From NCBI RefSeq assembly GCF_016432865.1, contig NC_067398.1, positions 312,170,001 through 312,234,000 of the forward strand: DNA of 64,000 bases, read 5' to 3'. The stretch is from Antechinus flavipes. Lineage: Eukaryota. Under the pieces are notes generated by a model. It had not been told where the DNA came from. It worked only from the letters and a program-made list of their open reading frames with translations, and did not search any database. Shown in pieces: positions 13,196-24,030 of the stretch (positions are counted from its first letter, which is position 1; the number at the start of each line of letters is the position of its first letter). A program made the position numbers and the translations under genes.

Positions 13196-14377
13196 TTCGA
13201 TTACTTGATTACTTACCCTAAAATTATTCAGTAGCCAGGTAAGTAGAAATAAAGGGAGACCATGTAGATAACCCAAGTTTAGAATTTAGCAAGGCATGAC
13301 TAGTGATGGGAAAAGGGGAAAAGGGATTCAAACAAGGATAGCTAAGAGAATGTGTTGAACTGATCAACCATGTAGTCAAGATGGTGAAAGGAGGCAAGAA
13401 AAGTCAGAGAAGGGGTGAAAAGATGTGTCATACAGTTTGATCCCAATCTAAATGGGTTTTCCAGTATAAATGTTCCTTCTCTGTTGTGCTGCAAAGTTCT
13501 ATGGAATGTTCTATAAATCTATTATTTGTCACTCTAAGCATCCAACCTGAGACAGGTTGGCAAAAACATCTCAGTGATAACTGTTATTCTTATTTTTCCC
13601 TAGGGATATTTACCACTATCAGGACCATCACCATCATCATTAGCTTTATTTCCATAAGTACAGTCAGATTAGCAAATGCTTATAGTTAATACTTCATATA
13701 AATACAAATCAAATATTTAAAACAAAGATAAACAAATATTCCTTGTGCCCAGAAGGAAAGATTTTAACCTTTTACAAAAGATTCCCAATAGAGAAAGGAA
13801 ATACAGGATTATAACCTTGGGATCTGTAGTACAGGGGAAATTTTTTAGCAATATAGCTTCCATTTTGACATTCCTTTTGCTCAATCTGTTCAAGCAGCCT
13901 CATTCCCAGAGTCCTGGTCTCTTTGTCTGTGGTAGTTTCCTGAACTTATGTTTCCACTTTCTCAGCTATATGTCTCATCGGAGTTGTTTCTTTTTGAGTT
14001 TCTTTCCTGGACACACTAAACCAACTTTTAAATGTCACTTGCAGTTGTGGGCTATCATTTTTAATCTTGTGTTGTTTTCTTTCTAATTCCCTCAATGGAC
14101 TAATTTACACTTTATAAAGAAATCATGTAGAATTGGTACATTTTTACTATTAGTTTAATTAGCCCCTTTTTGGTGATTAGCTGTTTGGACGAATTACTTT
14201 CTTATACACTGAAAAAAAGAGGAAAAATGGAGGAACTATCATCCTGAAGACAAACAATAAGTTTGGGAGAAGATAAGACAGAAGAAAAGATTAAAGAAGA
14301 AGTAGTCTTGGTTAGAAAAGGAACTTCAGAATTCTGGTTCAAAGAAGTAGAATAATTATGGGATATTTAGATTTATA

Positions 14378-14627
14378 GGACTGCTGCAGCTCTGATTGGA
14401 TGCAGCTTGGAGCGCGGCATGCATTACACCCCGGGGGGGGGGGAGGGGAGGCAGGGAACGGTGCATACAGAGGGTATGTAATGTAGTGTAGCGCAGGGGA
14501 TCACCTTCACTACAGTAGCAATCTCAATAGGGCTTATTTTCGGGGGAGAGCTTATTTTAGAGGAATCTTACACAGTAAGGGGAGGGTTTATTTTTGGGAT
14601 AGGTCTTATTATCAGGGAAACACGGTA
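14378..14627. mobile_element. Right end of a Tc2/pogo-like DNA transposon
   Basis: Ends GGTCTTATTATCAGGGAAACACGG|TA, with subterminal repeats of CTTATTTT..GG; no left TIR found. Confidence 0.5.
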
Positions 14628-15059
14628 GCTCCACCATGCAAGTCAAACTGTCCTCAGAAGAGAAACAAATTTGAGACCACTAAAGTGACAACCTTCTAAT
14701 ATTCTAGTGAATCCTTTTGTCATCCTAGAAACCCAGACTTACCGAAACTATCCAAGGACTTGGATTTCCCTTAATGGGAAAAACACTTGGACTTACTTGA
14801 CAATCCCCCTGAGATTCTGGTAAATCTTACTTTTACCCCACAGACCTATATAGATGTCCAGTTTAATGATCCTATGTTGAGAATTTATAAACTCCCCTGG
14901 AAAGAAATGGACTCTTCCCATTACACCTGCTCTATCCAAATAATTCATTGTAGTAGGAATGGGAAAAGCCTTGAGTTTTTGTTCATCCTTGTCAAAGCTT
15001 TAGGCCTTTCCTTGAGTTCCAAGGGTCATATACCAGTTCTCTCCAAAAGGCTAATGTGT

Positions 15060-15347
15060 GGAAAATGAATATAAACTGCTTGCATTTTTGTTTTTCTTCC
15101 CGGGTTATTTTACCTTCTGAATCAATTCTCCCTGTGCAACAAGAAAACTGTTCAGTTCTGTACACATATATTGTATCTAGGATATACTGTAACATATTCA
15201 ACATGTAAAGAACTGCTTGCCATCTAGGGGAGGGGGTGAAGGGAGGGAGGGGAAAAATCGGAACAGAAGTGAGTGCAAGGGATAATGCTGTAAAAAATTA
15301 CCCTGGCATGTGTTCTATCAATAAAAAGTTATTAAAAAAAAAAAAAA
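15060..15347 (+). mobile_element. Young 5'-truncated L1 3' end with poly(A) and perfect 15-bp TSD AAAAGGCTAATGTGT (15045-15059, 15348-15362)
   Basis: Similar to the 3'UTR of the L1 at 61.9 kb (ccatctaggggagggggtg...aaaattaccc); AATAAA followed by an A-tail. Confidence 0.9.
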
Positions 15348-16132
15348 AAAAGGCTAATGTGTCCTGGGAACAAATCCCCTCTCCTTACCAGAAGATTGGA
15401 ATTCAGGATTTTTGAATGTGAAGTACTGCTCAGGACCTCTACTTTTTTCTCTCTAGAAGGCTTGATTCTGAAATTCTCCAAGAATTCAGCACAGCACAGG
15501 AAATTGCTCCCCTCCCCCTTCTCTCTGTTGAAGACTGGTTCTGTAAACTCTTTAAGGACTGGACATTATTCAGGAAATCTCCCATTTCCCATTGAGGAGC
15601 CTGGGGTTCAGGAAATTGGGATCTAATAACTTTCTCTTGGACCATGCAGAATTCCCAGAAAACTCTTTCTGAAGATAGCCATGTGTGGTTCCTAGAGATA
15701 CAGCAGGATTTCCGCAGGTCCCAGAGTCACTCTTAACTCTTATGCTCTGTTCTCCTTAAAAGGGCACTTCAATTCTTCAATAAACCTTCAGCCTTACAAA
15801 GCTAGCAAAAAGAGGTGACTCTAAGAGCCAACCAATTTAAACCCAATTCACACCATCAAGAGATGCAATTAAAGTCCCAAGAAACTCATCAAATTTATCA
15901 AAGAATTACATTTATCAATATCTAAATTAATATACAGTTTTGCTTAACTTATTATAGATTTGGACTTTTTGTTTCTTTAGTTTTTGGGGGAAAGAGTGAG
16001 TACTTCAGATTGTTCGTTTAATATTGCAGAAAAAAATGTTAGGAGGACAAACCTGCAACTTTTTGGAGTTATGTTTGGAGGCATTGTACTAAAAGCAGGA
16101 GTGTAAAACTCTGTTCCTTGCATTTTCACTAG

Positions 16133-16268
16133 GTTGATTGTTATCCTTCGTTCTTCAAGAGAATCAAAATGCTATCACTATGTTAGAGTCAAATTAATGT
16201 GTCCAGCTGTGTCTGATCAGACCAATAGGAGTTCAGAATGCTCTGCCACAGGTCAAACACAAATATAG
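16133..16268 (+). mobile_element. Probable RTE-associated SINE fragment (WALLSI4-like)
   Basis: tccttcgttcttcaagag...tgatcagaccaat...gaatgctctgccacaggtc; family name recalled from memory, not searched. Confidence 0.45.
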
Positions 16269-16414
16269 TGCCATAATCTGATGATTTCCGGGGGTGGGGG
16301 TGGGGGGGCTTGTTGGCTATGAGAGAGAAGAAAGTGAAAACATAGTTAAAAGATTCTGAGCCATGGCATAAATTTTATTTGGACATTTGGAATAGTATTT
16401 TATTAATCTTCATT

Positions 16415-16600
16415 TCAGAGGTTCATTTTTTTGTGTGTAATGGATCCCTTTGGCAGTCTGGTAAAACCTATGGACTCCTGAGAATAATGTTTCTAAATAC
16501 ATAAAATAAAATAGATAAGATCACAAAGGAAACAAGTTACATTTTGAAATATTTATCAAAATATTAAAAATAGTTAATGACTCCTAGATTAGAAACTGAC
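16415..16600. mobile_element. hAT-Charlie MITE (Charlie4z-like)
   Basis: ccctttggcagtctggtaaaacctatgga...agaataatgtttctaaatacataaaataaaata; related copies at ~51730-51930 and ~61345-61520. Confidence 0.55.
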
Positions 16601-17531
16601 AGGAGAGGCATCAGGCTTGTGGTGGCACAGCAGAAAGTCTCAGGCAAGACCACTTGGTTTGTTGTGTTCTGACACTGGCTGACCAACTCCTTCCTTGGGT
16701 AAAGTGTTACTATGTCTTTCTGCAATCTTAAAAAAGGCTGAATGTTGTCTGATGTGGACTACTTACACTAGAGTAGTGGCCCAGATGGGAAGAGGAAAAG
16801 TAACACAGAAAAAAGAATATTTCCTAAGCACCTGCTATGTGGCAGGCACTATGCTAAGCACTTTACATATATGAGCACATTTGATCCTCACAAGAACCAG
16901 CTCAGATATTTCTAACTCCAGGGCTATGATCTATGTATTCAGCTACCTATACCTAAGTATCACATGTAGCCTTAGACTTGTCACATGAATATAAGTATTT
17001 TTAAATAAATTACAAATGAGTTAAAGTTTGTGGGTTTATATGTGATTATTTTTTGTTTTAATATTTGCTTTTCTTTATGGTTGACAATAATTTTATTCTT
17101 CAAAAAAATAGGAAATACTGGTTAAACTTCAAAGTATTCTTTCATTTAATCCATAATTTAATTCAACAAAAATTAAATATCTACTCTATGAAAACAATGT
17201 GTTGTAATGGATAGAATGCTGGATTTGAGTTTTAAAAAATGTGGGTTCAAATGCTGCCTCTGACACTTATTAGCTCTCTGAGCTGTAGGCAATACTCTTT
17301 AATTAGAATTGGGTTATAATCTAGGAAAGGAAATCATATGGCCTTGATTTATTTGAAAATACTATATAATCAGAATGGAAATATTTATAAACTATTAAAA
17401 ATGTTAGATGGAGTAAAGTACAAAGATATCAATTTGGCAGCCGTTTGGAAGATGAATTGAAGAAAGAAGAGATTGGAGGTAGATTGAACAATAAGGTTGA
17501 TATTATAATAGTCCAGGATAGAGGTGAAAAG

Positions 17532-17770
17532 TGGCAGCTAGGTGGCTCAATGGACAGAATGCCAGGCCTGGAATTAGGAATAATCTTCCTGCATTCAAAT
17601 CTGGCCTCAATTACCAGTTGTAAGACACAGGGCAAGGCACTTAATCCTATTTGCCTCAGTTTCCTCATCTGTAAAATGAGCCAAAGAAGGAAATGGCCAA
17701 CTACTCTAGGATCTTTGCCAAGAAAACCCCAAATGGGGTTGTGACATGTCAAACATTACTGAAAAGCAAC
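17532..17770 (+). mobile_element. MAR1-type SINE
   Basis: ggcagctaggtggctcaatggacaga head; tttgccaagaaaaccccaaatgggg tail. Confidence 0.75.
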
Positions 17771-17850
17771 TCAACAACAGAGGTGAAAAGGTTAAACTAC
17801 ATGTGAGTAAAGATGTGGTTATTATAGACATAATCCATTTAGTTAGTCCA

Positions 17851-17852
<2 letters not shown>

Positions 17853-17918
<66 letters not shown>

Positions 17919-17930
17919 CACACACACACA
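17853..17930. repeat. Compound (TA)n(CA)n microsatellite
   Basis: Read directly. Confidence 0.95.
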
Positions 17931-17955
17931 AATATATGTATACATCTGTCTATAT

Positions 17956-18160
17956 TTTGTTTAGTCATTTTTCAGTTGTGTCCAACTCCTCCAGACTACA
18001 TTTGGGGTTTTCCTGGCAAAGATAGTAGTGAGATTTGCCATTTCCTTCCTTAGCTCATTTTACAGATGAAGAAACTGAGGCACACAGGGTTAAGTGACTT
18101 GTCCAGGAGTCACACAACTAGTGTGTCTGGTTGTATTTAAACTAAGGAAAATGAGTCTTC
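17956..18160 (-). mobile_element. MAR1-type SINE, inverted relative to the 17.5 kb copy
   Basis: atttggggttttcctggcaaagat...ctcattttacagatgaagaaactgaggc. Confidence 0.75.
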
Positions 18161-21100
18161 TTATGTATGTGTATATGTTTATGCATGCATGTATATACAT
18201 ATATGTATATATACATGTGTATATATCTAGAAAAAGAAAGAGGGGATGGGGCCCTAAGTGATTGCCAAACTAGAGGAATTGGTGACCACAGTTATTGAGA
18301 ATTTCTGATTGGTATTTTCTTGGATACAACTTTCTCAGTGACAAGATGGGATTTCAATAGGATATATAATGGTGTTGGGTCTGCCATTCCCCAGGTGGAA
18401 TACAGACTCAACTCACTGGGTGTGCCTTTGCCTCTCTTTTGTATTTCCTTTCCTAAGAAACTAAGCCGCAATTTTTAAGATAGATGAAGTCACGAGGAAA
18501 TTTTTTGAATCCCAGAAAAGCAAAAGGTCTTGGATATCCTGCAAGTATCTCCAGAATAGCAGTGGCTGGTGGCAAGTGGAAAAATGGAGAAAGCCTGGAA
18601 GATCAAAATGTTTGACTGAACAGTGTCAAGATAAAATGTAACATGGCTAATTTAATAGTTCTTCAAAAACCCAAGAAAGATTGATTATTGGTCTCCCAAC
18701 TAACTGTACTAGTAGTAATAGATACTAAATTCTGATTTAATCCTATGCATGGACCTCTGATTTTCTTGTCATTACTTTCTGAGTGGGAATAAATTACTTG
18801 TCCCATATTCAATTTGTAATTGTGTATTTAGTGACTTTTTATTTCCCTACTTTGAAAGGAAAAAAACAAACAAACCCTAGATGAGAGCCCAAAGTAACAC
18901 AGTCCCCGAGTAGTAGGGGTGGGGTTTTGATGAAGCAATGAATAAGAATAAGGAGAAAAACCAGGCAAACCACAATGACAGAGGACTAGGAGGGTGTGGA
19001 TTACCAAGCCCTATAATGGTCTGCCAAATAATGTCTTTATGCTAGACAGTTATTTAAAGGAGACAAACTCATCTACAAATAACTATACTACAAAATGGAA
19101 AATGAGACATACAGAGAGATATTACAAGTACTGAAGAGGGAAAAGTAATTTTCAACTAGCTGAAGTATTTAGAGAAGGCTTTTTACAAGAAAATGGCATT
19201 TCAGCAAGATGCTTAAGCATTGGTAAGATTCCAATAGATTGAGATTTGGAAAATATTCCAGACACAAGTAATGATGTAAGCAAAGATACACAGGTAAGGG
19301 ATTGAAGGACATAGGTGACAAAACTTTGGTTTGAAATAAAATGTAAAACAAAGTTAGAAAATGGTAGTCACTCTACATCAGTGGTTTCCTAGCTTTCTAA
19401 CTTTCAATACAATACTGTTCTTTGCTGTGATAAATCACAACATTCAATTATTAATAGCTGAGCATTCTCATTAGCTTTCAAGTATAAGTTCTATACAATA
19501 TTCTAGAACTCTGATAGAATTCTGAAACTCTATTGAACCTTATTGATACTTGATTGATATTGAATCTCTCCCACTTTACTCATACTTTGAAAAATCACTG
19601 TTCTAGGCTGAAATTGGAATTTATTTGATAAACAACCAGGGAACCATTGGAGAGTTATGACAAGTAAGACAACCAAATCTGGGCATAAAGAATACTACAG
19701 TCATGGTGCAAAGGATGAGTTGTAGTGAAGAGAGGCTAGAAGGAATACCATGATGTTAGACTACTGAGATAATTCAGGAAGTTTTACTAAGTTGTTTGCT
19801 ATGAGAAAATAAAGGAGATAAAAAAGACAAATATAAGAGATACTGTGCCACTTGTTGATTGATTGGTGATAAGCCAAGAGCAGACTTATTGGTAGCTTAA
19901 GGAGTAAGGGAAGGAGAAACAAGCCCCTACTTATTGTTTCGTGTTTTTAAGCTCTTACTATGGCCAAACATTTCACTTTATATCCATAATACATATATAT
20001 TATATAACAATTTATCTCACTTTACAACCATCCTGGGAGGTAGGTGCTATTATTCCAATTTTATAATTAGTCACAGGTTAAGTGACTTGATCATACAGTT
20101 ATTAAGTTTTTGAGGCTCAGTTTAAACTTAAGTCTTCCTGACTCCAGGACCCAGGACTTTATCCACTGAACCACCCAGCTAGTCAGAGAAAGGTCATCAC
20201 ACCTATTGATCTTAAGGGTTGTGTCTTCATTTTGTTCTCCTTGGACAAAGTTAGAATTTCTCTCTCAGTCAGGATTTAATTATTAGTCCTAGGATTTAGT
20301 TAGGATAGAGTCAATAGGAAGAATTTATCAAGGAAAAAAACTCAACAATAACAATTAGGAACTAATTGTTAACTCCTGGAACTGACATCTTCCCTACTTC
20401 TACCCCCTCCCCAACACTCCTTTTAAAGAACCTATTGACCCAGAATAGAAACTTCTAGAAATACAACATTGTACCTATGCAGAGCTTTGAATCTATTATG
20501 ACAGTAGACTTGGAATGGGAGGAGGAAAGGGGAGAGTGTGGACCTGTAAAAATCTCTGGGGCTGAACATGAGTATCTGAAAAAAAGAGCAGCTCCATAGC
20601 CAGCTACTCTGTCCTAAATTTCTTACCCCAAAGCTTGATACCTCAAGCAGACATCATTTGGGCAGATATTCCAGAAATTGGTCTTCATCCAAGAAAAGAA
20701 TGTGGACCTTCAGCCAAAGGTGATCTACCACTTCTTACCCAAACTGCCAATACACATTTCATTCTCATTTTTCTAAACTGCAGGCTCATTTTTAAAAATG
20801 ATGGCAAATCAGGTGAAGACAGAAAGCAGAAACTGGGAACAGAGCTTACCTAGAAGACATTTGAACAGCTGGAGATGCACTGAATAGAGAGCACTGGATC
20901 TGAAGTCAAAAAGACCTGAGTTCAAATTCAGTGTCGGATACTTATATAAGCTGTGTCCCTGAGCAAATCATCTAACCTCTGCCTCAGTTTCCTCAACTGC
21001 AAAATAAAGATAACTATTTTTGTGAGGATCAAATGGGATAATATTTGTTAAAAGCTCTTATCACAGTGCCTGGAATATAGTATGCATTATATAGACGCTT

Positions 21101-21261
21101 CCCCTCCCTTTTCCCATTCTATAATACTCCAGAGCTACTCCAGAAATGGAATTATATGTACAGTCACACAACCAGTCAGATACTATGACTTGTACAGCTG
21201 CATTCAGATATATGGATTTACCCCAAAGTCTTAAAATATCTTACATACCTTGTGAGATACT

Positions 21262-21422
21262 CTTTTTAGTTTTTTTTTTTTTTATTTGCTGAGGCAATTG
21301 GGGTTAAGTGACCTGCCCAGGGTCACACAGCTAGGAAGTGTTAAGTGTCTGAGACTAGATTTGAACTCAGGTCCTCTTGACTTCAAGGCTGGTGCTCTAT
21401 CCACTGTACTATCTAGGTGCCC
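21262..21422 (-). mobile_element. WSINE1-like SINE
   Basis: Poly(T) followed by the reverse complement of the SINE; imperfect TSD tgtga(gat/a)actcttt. Confidence 0.85.
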
Positions 21423-21744
21423 TGTGAAACTCTTTAACAACTAAAGTGTCTCTTGGATTTCAGGTCAGCACTAGTTGTGTTCCTGTTTTGTATTGTCCTA
21501 TCCTGCCATCTTCAGGCAGCTAGGAGAAGAGCATCCCAGCATAAATGATCATTACAAGGCTGCTGGAAATACTTCCTCTCCTTTACTTCAGTTCCAGTCA
21601 CATTTTCCTAAGATTGATGCAAGAAAGAGGCCCGATTTCTTTTAATTCTAGCGTACACATCCATGGAAATGCAGTATTTTATTTACACTTGGCTGTTGCT
21701 TAATGATGTCAGATTCTTTTTGACCCTGTTTGGGGTTGTCCTGT

Positions 21745-22150
21745 CAAGAATATAGGAATGGTTTTCCATTTCCTTCTCCAGTGGATTAAGGCAAACACAT
21801 TAAGTGATTTACTCAGGACTACATGGCTATTGTGTCTGAATTTGGATTTGAAAACTCAGGTCTTCCTGAATCCAGGCCTGCTTCTCTATCCAATGAACAA
21901 CCTAGATGCCTCTCACTTATTTGCACGTTTTATGGCCAACTCTTCATGACACCATTTGGGGTTTTCTTGGCAAAAATACTGGTGTGGTTGGCCATTTCCT
22001 TCTCCAGTTCATTTTACAGATAAGGAAACTGAGGTAAACAGGATTAAGTGACTTTCCCAGAGGCACACAGAGAGTGTCTGAGGCTGGATTTGAATGTACA
22101 TCTCTTGAACCTGGGCCTGACAATATCTACTTCAACACCAAACTGCCCTT
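21745..22150 (-). mobile_element. Two tandem MAR1-type SINEs
   Basis: Two consecutive tttgggg...ccatttccttctccag...ttaagtga...gaatccaggc/ctgggc units. Confidence 0.65.
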
Positions 22151-23179
22151 GCCTACACTGTGGATCATGGGCCTATACCAGAGGCTGAGGGATGGAGGTA
22201 GACCAAGACAATTCAATGAATGCATCTCATTAGATGCCTCTTTCTAATGAGTAAAATATTTCCCATAGGCAGAAAATACTTATATATGTGTATATACGTG
22301 TTTCTTGCACATATTTTTCCATTTTATAGATGCAGTTGTGACAGTAGAAAGAATCTTCAGTTTCCTCAAGGTAAATAACTTCCTGCATTTATGACAATCA
22401 TAGTCTGTTCCTGGTTTAACAGATAAATGCTAGAGATTTCACTCCCAGAGAGGTCATATAACTTGTCAAGGTATGTAATGTATGAGAAAACAGATTCCTG
22501 ACTCCTGGTTCATCAACTCTATCCACTGTTCCACACAGCTTCAACTGCTGTGCTTAATAAAATTGAAATTTATTTGAAAAACTTTATAAATTCAAAGCAG
22601 TCTTCCCTTCCCCACTGCTCCCTCCCCCCATCCCATATATTTCTCACTGGATACAAAAAAATACTACACTAAACAGTGGAAAAAGATTGAATTTTTAAAT
22701 GTTAGAAATGAGTCTACACAAAAAGAAAAGTTGCAAAGTTACTGGTCTGGATGCCTTTTTTTTCTCTCCCTTAACCCTTTTCATGTATCATTTTTATTAG
22801 TACATGTCTTACCTCCTCTAATTCCGATGCAAGCTCCTTGGGAGGCAAAGCTAAGTTGGTTTTCATTTGAGCACAGAATAGATCCCTACCATGGAGGACA
22901 GGGCTTCATGCACACTGAAGTAACCTAATAAAATTTTGTTGAATTGCATGGTGTAGTGAAAAAGAACACGATAACCAGAAGACTTGGGACCTGTGTGGCC
23001 ACAGGCAAGTCACTTGAGGCTTCTGAGCGTCAAATTTCTTCATCTTCAAAAATTTAAGGAATTGTACTGAAGAGTTCCTCTCATTCAGTTCTCAGATTTT
23101 AGCATTTCCCATGTAAATAAAAACCCTTGCCTCAAATGGAGACCCGGCCAGAAATTACACTCTCTCCAAAGGGGAGCGC

Positions 23180-24030
23180 CTCCAAATGGAACGGGTTAAC
23201 CTAAGCTAATTTGAGGGCTAAATCGGAGCCTAAAGCCTGTTAAGAGCCCTTGTTACAACCTGAATCTCTCCTTAGTGCGTTCCTAACCTTTATGCACCAG
23301 TCTGAGGCAGCGATGCAGAGGAGGGAACAGGCAGGCTCGTGCTCCAGTTCACCTGGGCCCTGCGGGGTACAGTATGAGCACAGGTGACTCTGAGAGTCCC
23401 AGGCAACACACCTACATTGGGCCTGGACACCAGACCACTGTCCCCAGGATCCCGGCCTCAAGCCACACCCATTGGGGTACTGCTCAGCTCTCAAAGGCCA
23501 GGCCCCACCCCCTCCCAACCTGTCATCACAGAAGCCGCACGTGGCCGGGGCGGGACCTGAGGCAGTCCCCGTGTGTCGCTGCCGCTCCTCGGCTGCCGAT
23601 TGGCTGAACACAGCAGGAGGCCGGCTTGGGCCGCGGGACCGCTGCCGTCAATCAAGAGCCGCAGAGCCCAGCCAAGTCCCGACCTAGTCCAAGGGTGAGC
23701 CCAGAGGGGCCGAGTCCTCCCAGCCGTCAGCCCGAGCTCCGGGCAGTGGGGCGGAGCTCGGGCAGTGGGGCGGGGTCCGAGGGAGCAGGGTGGGGCCCAT
23801 CGGAGTGAGGGATGGACGGGGCGGGACTGGAGAGGGGGGACCTGCTGGGGGAGGGGCGTGGCTCGGGGGAAGGGAGGAAGGAAGGGAAGGGGCGGACCTG
23901 GGGGAGGGGGAGGGCGGGGCTAGGTGGCGGAGGCTGCGGCTGCTCAGTAACCGCCCCCAACCCCCTATTCTCTCGTCCCTGTCCCTCACTAGGTGCAAAG
24001 GGATCGACCATTGGAGCTACAGGTGAGGGA
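23180..24030 (+). promoter_or_regulatory. CpG island, distal ATOSB promoter with candidate first exon (donor AGG|GTGAGC at 23694/5) and 30-nt UTR exon 23993-24022
   Basis: CpG-rich; CACGTG E-box ~23538; ATTGG ~23598; GC boxes; consensus splice signals. Confidence 0.65.
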
